DNA of 64,000 bases from Cetorhinus maximus (Eukaryota): NCBI RefSeq assembly GCF_964194155.1, contig NC_135904.1, forward strand, positions 27,838,001 through 27,902,000, given 5' to 3'. The translations under genes were made by a program, and so were the position numbers. Every line of letters begins with the position of its first letter. Positions within the stretch are counted from its first letter, which is position 1. The notes under the pieces were generated by a model that was given only the letters and a program-made list of their open reading frames with translations, was not told the DNA's origin and did not search any database. This document shows, one piece after another, positions 49,290 through 62,769 of this stretch.

Positions 49290-49849
49290 CGAGGGCAACC
49301 TCAATGTAGCGTGAGGGTTTGGTGAGCTGAGGGAAACTTAAATATCTTTCTAAAAATCTAATATTGCTTGTACTTAACATTTAACTGCAAGTACTGTTTA
49401 AATTCTAAGTCTCATCCAGGGGCCTAAGCAGGGAGATAGAAGCTATCCATTAGCAGCAGCTGAAGTAAATAATTAAGGAAACCAGCTTGAACTGGTCTTG
49501 CTGTACCCGGGCTCAGCTAATCCCTTTGTTTGGAAAATATAACTTCAGAGATTCTCAGAGCGACCAGCACTGAGTGCCATTTCAACGGAGCATGAGAGTT
49601 TGGTGAGCTGAGGGAGTTTGGTGGAGAAGGGAGGGAGACTTGCTTTTTCTAACTTTTTCACCCTGTAGGAACTGGTTCTTGCTCTACTGAAAGGGAAGAA
49701 ACTAACTGTGAGTGTCTGGTAAGTGATCAAAGTCTATTCCATTCTTAAGGTTTAAGATGGTACAAGAATTTGTGATAAGATTAATAAATATGTAAAATAA
49801 AGTAACTAATTGAATCAAGTAATTAAGTAATTAATTAAAGCACGTAAGT

Positions 49850-50790
49850 ATGGCAGGGCAGGTGATGAGTCACGGCTGCAGCATGTGGGATCCTGCTGCA
49901 GCTCCTGAATACCAGTGTTATCCAGGACAAGCACTTCTGCAGTAAGTGTCAATGGCTGGAGGAGCTTCAGCTCAGTGTCATTGAGCTGGAAGCTAAGCTG
50001 CGGACACTGCGACACATCAGGCGCGAGTTACCTGGATGCTTTGTGCCAGGAGGTCGTCACACCCCTTAGTAGAGTCTTATGATCTGGAAGGTGGTCAGAG
50101 GGGTGTGACTGCAGCTGAGGCAGGTAAGGGGAGCCAGAGGGCAGGAGCGCAGAAGTGTCAGTCTCTGCAATTGTCCAACAGGTTTGAGGCTCTTTCAGCT
50201 GGTTTGGATGAGAGTAGGGGCTGCAGAGTGGGTGAGCTGACTGACCATGGCACTGTGGTACACGAAGTCATTCAAGTGGGAGGGGCTCAAAGGACTGTAG
50301 TAGTAGTAGGGAACAGCATAGTAAGGGGGATTGACACTGCTTTCTGTAGCAAGGAGCAAGAGTCCAGGAGGCTACGTTACCTGCCCAGTGCCATGGTTCA
50401 GGACATTTCCTCAGGGCTGGAGAGGAACTTGCAGTGGGATGGGAAGGGTCTAGTGGCCATGGTCCATATAGGTACCAACGACATAGGGAAGATAGGGAAG
50501 GAGGTTTTGCCTAGTCAGTATGAGGAGCTTGGCACCAAATTAAGAAGCAGAACTTCAAAGGTAATAATTTCTGTATTATTACCTGAGCCACATTCAAATT
50601 GGCATAGGAAATATAAGATTAAAGAAATGAATGTTTGGTCAAAGACTGGTGTGGCAGAAGGGGGTTCCAGTTTATGAGGCACTGGCACCGGCATTGGGGA
50701 AAGTGGGATCTGTACCATTGGGACGGTGTACACCTGAACCACGTTGTGGCTGGTGTCCTCACCAGCTGCATAACTGAGGAAGTAGAGAGG
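49850..50790 (+). pseudogene. CR1 ORF1 remnant (zinc finger/leucine zipper plus SGNH esterase-like domain)
   Basis: LSNRFEAL, VVVGNSIVRG, HIGTNDIG, DGVHLN motifs; frameshifts and stops. Confidence 0.88.
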
Positions 50791-50984
50791 GTTTTAAACT
50801 GAATAGTGGGGGCAAAGGATCGAATTTGGGAAAATGTGGTAAACCAAAGAGTAGAGACAAGGCACGAGAGAAAGGTACTAATATGGGAAATGATAAGCAG
50901 ACCATGACAGGAAGGGATGGAAAGTACAAATTTAAGAGTAAATCAGCAGATAAGTCTAGATGCTACAAAAATAATTAAAGGACA

Positions 50985-53745
50985 AAACTAAAGGCCCTGA
51001 ACTGAAACACAGGTAGCATTCGAAACAAAACAGGTGAACTGATAGCGCAAATAGAAATAAATAAGTACGGTTTGATAGCCATTACAGAGACATGGCTACA
51101 GGATGACATAGATTGAGACCTGAACATTGAAGAGTACGTGAAATTTAGGAAGGACAGGAAGTTAGGAAAAGATGAGAGGTGGTTCTGTTAATTAATGATG
51201 GTGTTAACACATTAGAGAGGGATGACCTAAGTTCAGGAAACCAGGATATAGAAGTGGTTTTGGCTAAGATGAGAAATGATAAAGGCAAGAAATCACCTGT
51301 GGGAGTGGTGTACAGGCGCCCTAATTGTAACTACACAGTAGGACAGAGTGTAAAGAAGAGATAATGGGAGCTTGTCAGAAAGCTATGGTGATAATCATGG
51401 GAGATTTTAATCTACATATAGACAGGAAAAATCAGATGGGCAAAGGTAGCGTAGATGAGGAGTTCATAAAGTGTTTCCGGGATAGTTTCTCAGAACAGCA
51501 CGTTCTGGAGCAAACCAGAGAGCAGGCTATACTAGACCTGATACTGTGCCACGAGATAGGATTAATTGATAACCTCATAGTGAAAGCACCCCTAGGTAGC
51601 AGCGATCATAATATGATTGCATTTCACATTCATTTTGAGGAAGAGATGAGTGTGTCCAAGACTAGTATTTTAAACTTAAATAAGGAAAATTATGAGAGCA
51701 TGAAAGTGGAACTAGCTAAAGTGAACTAGCAAATGAGGTTAAGGGATAAGTCAAGAGAGGTTCGGTGGCAAAGATTTAAAGGGATATTTCAGAATACACA
51801 GAATACGTACATTCCAATGAGAAAGAAAAATTCCAAGGGGAGGGCCCACCATCCGTGGTTAACTAAAAAAGTTAAAGACAGTATCAAACTTAAAGAAGGA
51901 GCTTATAATTGTGCAAAGACGGGTGACAGGTCAGATGATTGTAAAGAATACAAAGAACAGCAAAGAACGACAAAAAGATTAAGAGAGAATTAGAGAAAGT
52001 TAGAGTGCGAGAGAAAACTAGCTAGCAATATAAAGACGGATAGTAAGAGTTTCTATAGACACTTAAATAAGAAAAAAGTTAACAAAGTGAGCGTTGGTCC
52101 CATAGATAGTGCATCTGGGGAATTGATAATGGAAAGTAGGGAAATGGCGGATGAATTAAACAGGTATTTTGTTTTGGTCTTCACTATAGACGACACAAGT
52201 AACATCCCAGAAATAGATGTAAATCAGGAAATGGAAGGGAGGGAGGAACTTGGGATAATTACAATCACCAGGGTAGTGGCATTGAGCAAATTGTTGGGGC
52301 TGCGGGCTGACAAATCCCCGGGTCCAGATGGACTTCTCTCTAAGGTCTTGAAAGAAGTGAGTCATGAGATAGTTGATGTACTGGTTTTAATTCTCCAAAA
52401 TTCCCTAGATTCGGGGAAGGCTCCATTAGATTGGAAAATAGCAAATGTAACTCCTTTATTCAAAAAGGGAGACAGAAAGTAGGAAACTATAGGCCAGTTA
52501 GCTTAACATCTGTCATAGAGAAAATGTTAGAAGCTATTATTAAAGATGTTATAAGAGGGCACTTAGAAAAATTCAAGGTAATTAGGCAGAGGCAACATGG
52601 TTTTGTGAAAGGGCAATCATGTTTAACCAATTTATTGGAGTGCTTTGAAGGAGTCACATGTGCTGTAGACAAAGGGGAACCGGTAGCTGTACTGTACTTA
52701 GATTTCCAGAAGGCATTTGATAAGGTGCCACATCAAAGGTTCTTGTGAAAAATAAAAGCTCATGGTGTAGGTAACATATTGGCATGGATAGAAAATTGGC
52801 TAGCTAACAGGAAGCGGAGAGTTGGCATAAATGGGTCTTTTTCTGGTTGGCAGGATGTAACGAGTGGTGTTCCACAGGGATCAGTGCTGGGGCCTCAATT
52901 TTTTACAATTTATATAAATTACTTGGATGAAGGGACCAAAGGAATGGTTGCTAAATTTGCTGAAGACGCAAAGATAGGTAGGAAAGTAAATTGTGAAGAG
53001 GACATAGGAGACTACAAAGGGACATAGATAGGTTAAGTGAGTAGGCAAAGATCTGGCAGATGGAGTATAATGTGGGCAAATGAGAAATTGTCCATTTTGG
53101 CAGGAAGAATAATAAAGCTAATTATCTAAATGGTGAGAGATTGCAGAGCTCAGAGTTTCAGAGAGATCTGGGTGTCCTAGTGCATGAATCACAAAAGGCT
53201 AGTATGCAGGTACAGCAAGTAATTAGGAAAGCTAATAATTTATTGTGAGGGGAATTGATTACAAAAGTAGGGAGGCTATGATTCAGTTATGTAGGGAACT
53301 GGCGGGACCACATCTGGAGTATAGTCTCCTTATTTAAGGGAAGATGTAAATGTGTTAGAAGCATTTCAGAGATGGTTTACTAGACTAATACCAGGAATGG
53401 TGGGTTGTCTTATGAGGAAAGGTTGGACAGGTTAGGCTTGTATCCACTGGAGTTTAGAAGAGTAAGAGTTGGCTTGATTGAAACCTTTAAGATCCTGAGG
53501 GGTCTTGACAGGGTGGATGTGGAGAGAATGTTTCTCCTTGTGAGAGAATCTAGAACTAAGGGTCGCTGTCACTGCTTAAAAATAAGGGCTCGCTTATTTA
53601 AGACAGAGATGAGGAGAAATTTTCTCTCTGAAAGCGTTAGGAGTCTTTGGAACTCTCTTCCTCCAAAGGCGGTGGGAGCAGAGTCTTGAATATTTTTAAG
53701 GCAGAGCTAGATAGATTCTTGATTAACACGGTGGGGGTGAAAGGT
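50985..53745 (+). pseudogene. CR1 ORF2 remnant (APE endonuclease plus reverse transcriptase)
   Basis: Fragmented ORFs in the track from 51179 to 53689; catalytic motif reads FAED instead of FADD. Confidence 0.93.
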
Positions 53746-53943
53746 TATCGGAGGTAGGCAAGAATGTGGGGTTGAGGTTACATTCAAATCAGCCATGATC
53801 TGATTGAAAGACGGAGCAGACTCGAGGGCCGAGTGGCCTACTCCTGTTCCTAATTCGTTTGTTTATACGTAAACGCGGGAGCTTCCTGCTCAGTCATAAA
53901 GCAATCTGTGGGATTGTCAGTCGCTCTTCTACATATATAGCCG

Positions 53944-54340
53944 GGGGGAGATGGCGGGTGTAGTAGTAATGTCACTGGCCCAGTAATGCAGAAGACCAGG
54001 CTAATGCTTTGGGGAAAGCAGGTTCAAATCCCACCATGGCAGCTGGAGGAATTTAAATTTAGTTAATAAATATGGAATATAAAGCTAGTCTCAGTAATGG
54101 TGACATAAAACTATTGTTGATTGTCATAAAAACCCATCTGGTTTACTGATGTCCTTTTTGGGAGGAAATTACCACCCTTACCTAGTCTGGCCTAGATTTA
54201 ACTCCAGACCCACAGCAATGACTCTTAACTGCCCTATGAAATGGTCCAGTAAGCCACTCAGCTCAAGGGTAATTAGGGATAGGCAACAAATGCTGGCCTT
54301 ATTAGTGACACCCAAATCCCATGAAGAATAAATGAAAAAA
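53944..54340 (+). mobile_element. tRNA-headed SINE (LINE partner), full length
   Basis: gggggagatggcg..gtagtagtaatgtcactggcccagtaat, B-box ggttcaaatccc, tail aattagggataggcaacaaatgctggcc. Confidence 0.88.
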
Positions 54341-54431
54341 AAAGGTAAATAATCTTGAATACCAGTGGCTATTGGGTGGCACTCTCACACCTGAGTTAGA
54401 GGCTGTGAGTCCCACTCTGGAGACCTGAATA

Positions 54432-57400
54432 GGCCTGGATTTTCACAACGACAGACAGAAAATGGCGGATGAGCCTGGGATGACTCTGTGCAGGAGGGGC
54501 TCATCGCCAGACGTGTCCATGTGCAAAACAGATTCACATAGGGTCCTCCAATCTTACACTTGCCATCAGTCAGTCCCTGGTGAGCAACTTCCAACTAAAG
54601 AACTTTTACAATGACGCCACAACTACCCAGGTGAACACCCATCCCTGACAAAGGAAAGAAGAAGCATCTTTGAGTGTGACTCAGTCACATTAAAATGGCT
54701 ACAACCCTTACCATCACAATCATGGGCCTCAGCATATTGCAAACACACATCGTAATAAGCTCTTTACAACCTTAAACACCAGTGCCCGTAAATTAGGTGC
54801 CCAAAGCTGCCACCCTGTGCCCAAAGCTGCCACCCTGTGCATACTCAATCCATGTCCACAATGCTGAGAGTGACATTATGTCTTAAGACTTCACACCCAA
54901 TACATGCTGATATGATTGTATTTGCCAACATACATGCAGATAAGACATATTGCGCTGGATAAACCCACAACTCTGCAACAACAGCTCTTTAAGTGAACTT
55001 GGGCACCATCCATCTGGCCAATGGTCTAATGTCTGCCATGGGCACCAGCAACATTCCTGGCATCCACACGCCTTGGCTTCCCTCACAAAGCACATCCTCT
55101 GCCACCTGGAATGCAAATGCTGCCAACGTAGTGAGGCAGCAGAACAATATTCCTTGGAGCATACTTGGCATCTTGACCTGCGATGCTAACACCTCAGCCA
55201 ATGCGTGACACTGCCATGCTGTTGAACGCCTTGCACCCAGCACGCTTGCTTGAGATGCACCTGCTGATCTGCATCTGTTTGTGCAATCTGATCATTGAGC
55301 CTCCTTCAAAGTTAAGCATGGATGGGCAACGAAAGATGCAAGGAGCATCTCAGTGCTTGAGCCTTTGAACACTGGATTATTATGTGATAGACCAGAGAAG
55401 GAAGAAGCCTTCCAATGCCTCACAAATCTGGCCACACCGTTGTTCCTCATAACTTCAATGAAAGGTGGACTTCAGCATGATGCCTTCATTATCACTGGTA
55501 AGGATGCCCTTTATAACATTAACATTCTTTCTGTGTTCTGCAGTGCACACACACTGAGTCGTCTACGAGTGTACGTACGTATATTCAAAAAGTGCTCAGA
55601 TGTGACATTTACAATGTGAAAAGGGAAACCATGGTGAACCCAATAGTTCTTTAGGCGAGACGACACCCCACGCTCAAGCACACTCCTCCGAAGTATTGCC
55701 TTGGAGGAGGTGGAATATGCTGCTCACTTCTTGTTGTATATGGCAATGAGGAGTATGATGGCCAGCCACGTTGTGCAGGCACCTTTAGACTTTGACCTCT
55801 GCTTGGGCAGCCGTGACCTCTGCGTGGGCAGCCGTGGCCACTGGCACCTGTGGGGTAGACAAGAGCTTTGGCAGAAGGGCTGGGGAGGTAGAAGATGCTG
55901 AGGGTAACTTTACCCTTCTCAGTGACCTTCACAGCCCTGGGTTGGCCTTCAGATGGGGTTGGTGCACTTGGCCACTGCTGCGCAGCAGTTGTCCATTTTA
56001 GCAGCGGCTATGCCAACAGTGCAACTGTCCCGTTAGAGGTGTGCAGCTCCTCATGTATTCCACAGATGTCAGCGCTCATACTCTGAGCAGACTGATCCAG
56101 GCTACTGAGGGACACTTGCACCGTTTCCTGGCTGAGGCACTGCTCTTGCATTCAGCCTTGCCTCTCCATGAGATTGGCCAATCTCTCATGGTCGGAGCTC
56201 ATGTGACTGAGCCCCCGGGACAATTTGGATCTCATGATGGTAATGGCCTCCTCCACTCGCAGTCCTAGAGCTCCCAGAGGCTCAGGGGACTCTGCCAGAT
56301 GTCCACTCATCGGCTGCTGATTGTCCAAACCCTGTGGCTCAACAGGTGACTCTTGAGGCTCCACGTTCCTGCCCACTGCAGCATCATCGTGACTTTCCCC
56401 CACTCCTCCGAGGAGGGCTCTGACACCACCTGTCACCTCTGTTGAGGTGTCTTTCACCCTGTGCCACTGACTCTACATGCGCACTATATCCCCCCGATGT
56501 GCTGGTATCTGAGTTAGCCAGTGTGAGCTAGTCAGGCTGACGCTGCCTCCTCGGACATCTCTTCCTCCTCTTGATGCCCGAGGGGTGATCTGGCCCCGGG
56601 GAGGGGGGAGGGGTGGGTGGGTGTCAAGTGAGCAGAACTAGGACTTGTGTGAGACACTAAATGAGTTATTTAGGGAGAGCCCTTCACATTATGAAAGCAC
56701 GCTCTGATGCACGCCACTGCCATAACCATGCCCACATGCCCTTATGACGCAACCCCCACCCTTCAATTTCCTCTCATGCCAATGTCCCTTTGTGCTCAGT
56801 GAACTGACAGCATGACCTCCATCATTACCACCATGTTCCAAGGTGCATTTGCCATCGCCTTTATCATCTGCTGCCAGCGATTCACCATCACCAACAGATA
56901 GCTGCTCAGTCACCCTGACAAACTCCATGACCATCTGTTCGACCAGGCTGACCCACTCCCAGTCCAGGCCATCTCCATGGCATTCCTCCCCCTCTTCGAC
57001 TACAACTGCAACATGATTTTAAGTTAGCCTGGTATATAGTGCAGGGAGGGATATTTCTCTTCACTGTGTTTGTGCATCACAGTGCTCATTCACATCTGTT
57101 CTGGGTGCACCTGCTTGAGCAGCTTACACAAACAAGCCACAATGCTATAGCAGAGGTATGTACCAGGTCTCTCACATTAGCTGCAGCATTCAGATATGAC
57201 CCCTCACTTGAACTTCTGTGGGCATGAGTCAAGCTAGTCACCTTGCCAGGAAGCAGCAGATTGCTGAACCTTTTCCAGCACTGAATCCATGATCTCTCAT
57301 GGTCTCCTGTTGCGCTCACCGAAGCCCAAATTTGAATCCAGGCCTTCTTTGTGGTGGCTTCATTATGGATTATGCCAGCCAGCAGGGTACAGGGCTGCTC

Positions 57401-58386
57401 TCCTCTTCTGGGCCTCTTCATACTTGCAGGTCTTGGTCTGAGAAGCATCGGGCAGCTGGACCCATCGCTTCCCCAGTGTCTCCTCTGTGCGACAGTCTAA
57501 CAATACAAATGTAAGGCGCAAAAGGCCATGAGCCATTCAGCTTACAATGCTCTCGTTCACCTTGGTGTGCTTACACGCACTACCCATTTTCACCATACCA
57601 TCAACGAGTACTGTAAAGGTCGGAGGAGAAAATTTCTCGACACAAATGCATGCTGCCATGGATGTTGTGGCTGTGACTCCAAGATAGCATGTTGTGCTCC
57701 GCGGGCGCTGACAGCCTTATTGCATTACTCCCTCTTAGTCACAGTGTTATGCCATGACTGTGTGCAAATGTGAGGAACCTGGTCAAGGGTTAACCGTGTG
57801 GGTGCATCCTGATATCTGATTAGCAAGAAGACAAGTGGATGAACTAACGACCCTGGCACTGTTCATCATTCATCCCCTGAGGTCTGGTAGCTAGTGAATT
57901 ACTGCAGGATATCTTTACCAGGTAGTGGTGTAAAGACGACGCCATCTCTATGGCTGTGTCTTGTCAATCCGTTCCAGGGTTTGTGCTTCAGTACAGTATA
58001 TTGTGAATGGGCAGCAACAATGACGATATTCCCTAGGGAAAGCACCTGATAGGGTCAGCCTAACAGTGGGACAACGTTTAGAGTTCCCACTCACCTGATA
58101 AGGCAATGATGCCTCCTCCGAAGCACACGGACTTCACCCCATGATGCCTTACCTCTCAAAGGAACCTTTCTGAAAGCCCCCTTTTTAAATGCACCCAAGT
58201 CACCCAACCCCCGCTGGAGCCTCTGACCCTACATTACTTCTGGTGTCACCTGCCCCTACTCCGATTAGAGCCCACACCCCTGGACTGAAAATCTGACACT
58301 TGGGTCCACATTTATAGAAGTCGGGCTTTGCAGAGCCAGGAATTCTCCTGACTCTGCACACCGATGTGAGGATGAAAATCTAGGCC
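54432..58386. mobile_element. Harbinger/PIF DNA transposon, 3955 bp, carrying a decayed Myb/SANT-like gene
   Basis: TIR GGCCTGGATTTTCA / TGAAAATCTAGGCC (13 of 14 match), 3-bp TSD ATA, and it interrupts a SINE cleanly. Confidence 0.9.
55700..57450 (-). pseudogene. Harbinger accessory Myb/SANT-like DNA-binding gene remnant, multi-exon
   Basis: TKKAWIQIWASVSATGDHERSWIQCWKRFSNLL followed by a GT donor at about 57241; then SKRGRNAMEMAWTG...VGDGE (about 57000-56870) and a helical LRVEEAI...ERLANLMERQ segment (56152-56457). Confidence 0.75.
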
Positions 58387-58784
58387 ATAATCTAGGCTGA
58401 CACTCCAGTGCGGTATTGAGGAAGTGCAGCATTGCTGGAGGTGTTGTCATTCGAATGAGACGTTGAACCGAGGCCTGTACCTAACCTCTCAGGTGGACAT
58501 AAAAGATCCTTGTGGACCTATTTCTAAGAAAAGCAAGGGAGTCCTCCTTGGTGTTCTGGCCAATACTAAACCCTCAACCAACATCATTAAATGAAAACAG
58601 ATCATCTGGTTCTTGCTGTTTGTGGGATCTTGCTGTGTTGGTTGCCACATTTCCTACAATATAGCAGAAGCTACACATAGCTGTAATTTTAACTTAACTG
58701 ACCGGGCTGGAAACTAAATGTGTCACATTACACAGGCCGAGGTAGACAAATGGGATTTGGAATGGAAACCAGAAAGGGAAGCTC

Positions 58785-59182
58785 TTTTTTTTTCCTTCAT
58801 GAGATGCGGGCATCACTGGCAAGGCTGACAATTGTTGCCCATCCCTAACTGCCCTTGAACTGAACGGTTTGCTAGGCCATTTCAGAGGGCAGTTAAGAGT
58901 CAACCACACTGTGGGCCTGAAGTCACACGTAGGCCAGGAGTCACATGTAGGCCAGGCCTGCTAAGGACGGCAGATTTCCTTCCCTAAAGGGCATTAATGA
59001 ACCGGATGGATTTTTATGACAATGATGATCATTTCATGGTCACCATTACTGATGCTATCTTTCAATTCCAGATTTTATCAAAATTTCACCAACTGCCATG
59101 GTGGGATTTGAACCCACGTCCTCAGTATAGCCTGGGCCTCTGGGCTGACCAGTGACATTACCAATCCGCCACCATCTCCCCT
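58785..59182 (-). mobile_element. tRNA-headed SINE (LINE partner), full length
   Basis: Reverse complement of 53944-54340, with an internal 18-bp tandem duplication at about 58920-58956. Confidence 0.88.
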
Positions 59183-59984
59183 CTTCCTCTTTTTGTAAAA
59201 GGTATAATCCACACTTGGAGGTTATTGGTGGCACTTTCCAACTCATTGGAGCAGATATAATTATGCAACGTAATTCAGATCACAAAAAGAGTGAACCCAA
59301 AGGGAACTCAAAATTCCATCAGGATATCAACGCTTAGCACTTTTAGTTTGTTTTGCTTTGCAAAAGGGCAAGAATGGTCCTTTAAGTAAAACAAGTATTG
59401 AGTCAAAGAACTCAGAAGAAGCACTGACAGAGTTTGGCAGCAGAAATGTGGTGTTAACCAGCAAGAAACAGGTCAAAACATGAGAAACGTCAACAGACAA
59501 AAGGATGGAGTGCTGATAGCCCAGAGGTATACAAAGGGCCAAGGAATGCATTCAAAGGTTGGTTCATGATCTGGGGACTCCGCAACCGAGCTTTTTCAGG
59601 TCTTTTTTTTTAGACTGAGTTTCAGTTTTGTTGAGATGTTGTAACCTGAGTGAATTATGTAAAAGAATGCTGTCTCTACCATAACCTGAGGCTGGAATAT
59701 TCAGGCACGAATATAAAATTGACCTAAATATGATCCTTAATTTTAGGCATAGACCTGTATTAATGAAATGTTCCACTGTATTCAGATTAAGAGCAACAAA
59801 GGTGAGCAATGTCACATGCATCACACCGAGTTAAGTTTGGGGCACCTGATTAAAATACTAATTTAAACATTGTTCTTTGCTTTTGAATAGACGGTGGCTA
59901 TTAGAGAATAGGAAAAGCAAAGGAATTTCTTTCTTTGATTTGTCTTTATTCTTGATATGGTCAGCATGGTCCTAGTTTTAGACT

Positions 59985-60690
59985 GTCAAAGCGAGTGAAA
60001 TGGGCAGGAAAAGAGAGCTGAAATTTAACACTGAGATGCTGAAGTGATGCATTTCATGATGGGGAATGCAGAGAGGAAATATAAATGAACTCGTACAATT
60101 TTAAAGGGGGGTGCGAAAAGAGAGAGACCTGGGGTTTCACATACACAAATTCTGAAGGACAAGTTGATAAGGCTTTATTTGGTATAGAGGGCAAAAGTTA
60201 TATAAAGCACCACTGAGGTGTGGAAATATATGGTGTCTGATTCTGGGTACCACAATTCAGGAAGGGTTTCCAGGTCCTCAAGTGGGTGCAAAGGAGATCG
60301 ACCAGAAGGAATGAAGCACTTCAGTTATATGACTAGACTAGAAATGCTGGGATTGTTCTCTTTTGGGCAGAGTAGGTTAAGGGGACTTTGATTATTAGGG
60401 TTCAAAGTTATGAGGGGGTTTGCTACTGACAAGAAAGTCAGTGAGTAACCAGAAGACAACAATGTAAGATTATTGATAAGACAACCAGAGGGGTGATGAG
60501 AAGAAATTATTTTATGCAGCAAGTCACCAAGACAGGTTCAATAATAAATTTCAAAAGGAATTTGATAAATACTTGAAAAGGAGAATTTTGAAGGGTCATG
60601 GGGAAAGAGCAGGGAGGGTAGGCCTAAGTGAAGGCTCTTTCAAAGAGCTGGTCCAGGCATGATGGGTCCAATGACCTCCTTTTGTTATGC
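59985..60690 (+). mobile_element. Old CR1 3' fragment
   Basis: gagagacctggggttt...ttctgggtaccacaattcaggaag...gatgggtccaatgacctcct. Confidence 0.75.
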
Positions 60691-60961
60691 AATCAGATCA
60701 ATATCTAAATAAAGGATCAACGAAAGTAAAGAGAGAGGTGGGGTCTGATTTTTACCTATGGTGCTCATGGACTGGACTGTGAACAACCAGCTCTAGGCCT
60801 GAGCCATTTTTCCTGTGGGCCTCCGTCGGACGTGATAGGTGAGCGGTTTGCATTTTATGATTGCTGGAAGACAGCTCACGGAGCAGTGGGTCAGTGGCAG
60901 ACACAACACAGTGTCGTCATTAACCTCACCCCATAGAACACCAGACATCTCCCAGTCATTA

Positions 60962-61205
60962 CAACAACTTGCATTTACATACCACCTTTAAAATAGGTGA
61001 ACAGCCCCCAAAGTGCTTCAAAGCAGCATTAAATAACATTTGACACCAAGTCACATAAAGAGATATGAGAACAAGTGGCCATGAGCTTGGTCAAAGAGGC
61101 AGCTTTTCAGGAACATCTTACAGTTGGGGAGAGAGACAGAGAGAGAGAGAGGTTCAGGGAGGGAATTCCAGAGATTAGAGCCAAGTCAGCTGAAAGCCTG
61201 GCCAT
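60962..61205 (-). mobile_element. L2-like 3' fragment
   Basis: caacaacttgcatttacataccacc...gagcttggtcaaagagg...agggagggaattccagag. Confidence 0.8.
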
Positions 61206-62769
61206 TAGATTGTCTCACCAATATACCTACCAACCAGTCATTCATGTAAATTTACCAGCCAGTGGAGTATAACTCGCCATTGTTCCAAGCCCATGTTCAC
61301 AAGGTTCATAGCTCACAATCCTGAGAATGAGAGATCTTTTCCTCGTTTCACCCAACACATGGCAAACAGCCCAGTGGCATTGTGTGCACAGGCCACAATA
61401 TTACTGTGCCAAATGGTAAAAAGCGATTTGACAAAAAAAGATCCATGTGAATTAAAATACCACAACTGGAATTTCCGACAGGAAAACCTTTTCTATTGGG
61501 GAGAAATTTGGCACAGAATTAAACAAGCAAAATGAGGTAATAGTGGCCACTGAGGGTAATATATACGAGAAATACAAACAGCTGGAAAAAGTACCAGAAA
61601 ACCCAATCGTGGACACTACGTTCCAGATGTGTCACGGACAAAACTGGAACACTGATATTTAAACAAGACAATGCTAAGCTATGAATAAACCCAACTGACT
61701 GGGTTGACGAAGCACTGGAGTGACCCAGCTCTGAATGCTTTTCATGCATTCCAGGCAGACAGAAAGGGAGAAGTTCAAATTCAAAATGTTAAATTCCTTT
61801 TGTCCGTCAGATCAACAGTTCACACATCTTGAGATACAATTAAGCGGAAGGTCCTTGCTCAGGTGAAACTCTGATATCTTTCGGAGCATTTAAAAGGTAG
61901 TCTTGTCCCTCATTAAGCCATAAAAATCAATCCAAAATATTGTGTCTTTCTGTCTTACAACCTTACGTTATGGCTACTAATTCAGGATTCTCACTGATCA
62001 GCTGCTATTATATTCTACTTAGAATTAATTTTCTTGATGTAATCATCACCGAGAATGCTTTCCCTCAAGTGAAGAAGCAATGTTGTCATCACTGTCAATT
62101 TTGAACACATTCTAGGAACACCAGAGAAGAGGTAATGTTCTTCAAGCCAGCCAGAGAACATACAGTTCGTTTGTCTGAGCTGCATTTCAGGGCTGATAGG
62201 GAATGATATTAAACTATGACCACCCACTCAGTGACAGTCTCATAAAACTTGGCACTTATTTCTTTCCTGGTCTCGGATGTCAGTAGCACTAGCAAGGCCC
62301 TGCTTCTTGCCCACCCCCACTTGTGTGAAAAAGGTGGTATTGTGTGCCTCCTTAGCAGATTATATAACTGAATGATGTGCTGCACCACTGCAGAGGGCAT
62401 TAAGAACCAACCGCATACAATGGGCTAGAGTGACATGAAGGCCAGAGCACGTGGGAATGGTAGGAACCCTTTCCAATAGTCACGTTCATAAAGAAATCTG
62501 ATAGATTCCAAGATGATTTCTTTTCTGATGCAAATACACAAATTGCCAGATTTATTAAATTCAATTTAACAGTGTAATATGATAGGATTCGAGTTGCTAG
62601 TTCAGCACCATATTATTACCCTATTGTCTCCAAAATTGACCCTTGTTTACTAGGAATTAAGTTAATCTGAAACTTGTTTTACTTAGAACCTTCAACCGCT
62701 AATGCAAGGGCATTATGGGGTTAATTTTTGACTTCAATGGAGCATAAAATCAAGCAGGTGCAAAATCAG

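Larger units (their letters stand above)
49290..53870 (+). mobile_element. Near full-length CR1/HER1-type LINE, decayed
   Basis: 5' UTR with repeated gtttggtgagctgaggga; ORF1 remnant from 49850; ORF2 APE (AITETWL, MGDFN, LDLIL, SDH) and RT (YRPVSLTS, YLDFQKAFDKVPH, GVPQGSVLGP); 3' stem-loop tail. Confidence 0.96.
54363..58680 (+). mobile_element. DeuSINE split by a 4-kb Harbinger element (head 54363-54431, body 58387-58680)
   Basis: cccactctggagacctga|ataatctaggctgacactccagtg rejoins into the SINE consensus. Confidence 0.85.

Noticed and set aside
54798-54840. 20-bp tandem duplication gtgcccaaagctgccaccct
   Set aside because: Simple slippage duplication inside a transposon.
59365-59483. Plus-strand open stretch after an AG (GKNGPLSKTSIESKNSEE...)
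   Set aside because: No recognisable homology, ends in a stop, and is on the opposite strand to the host gene.
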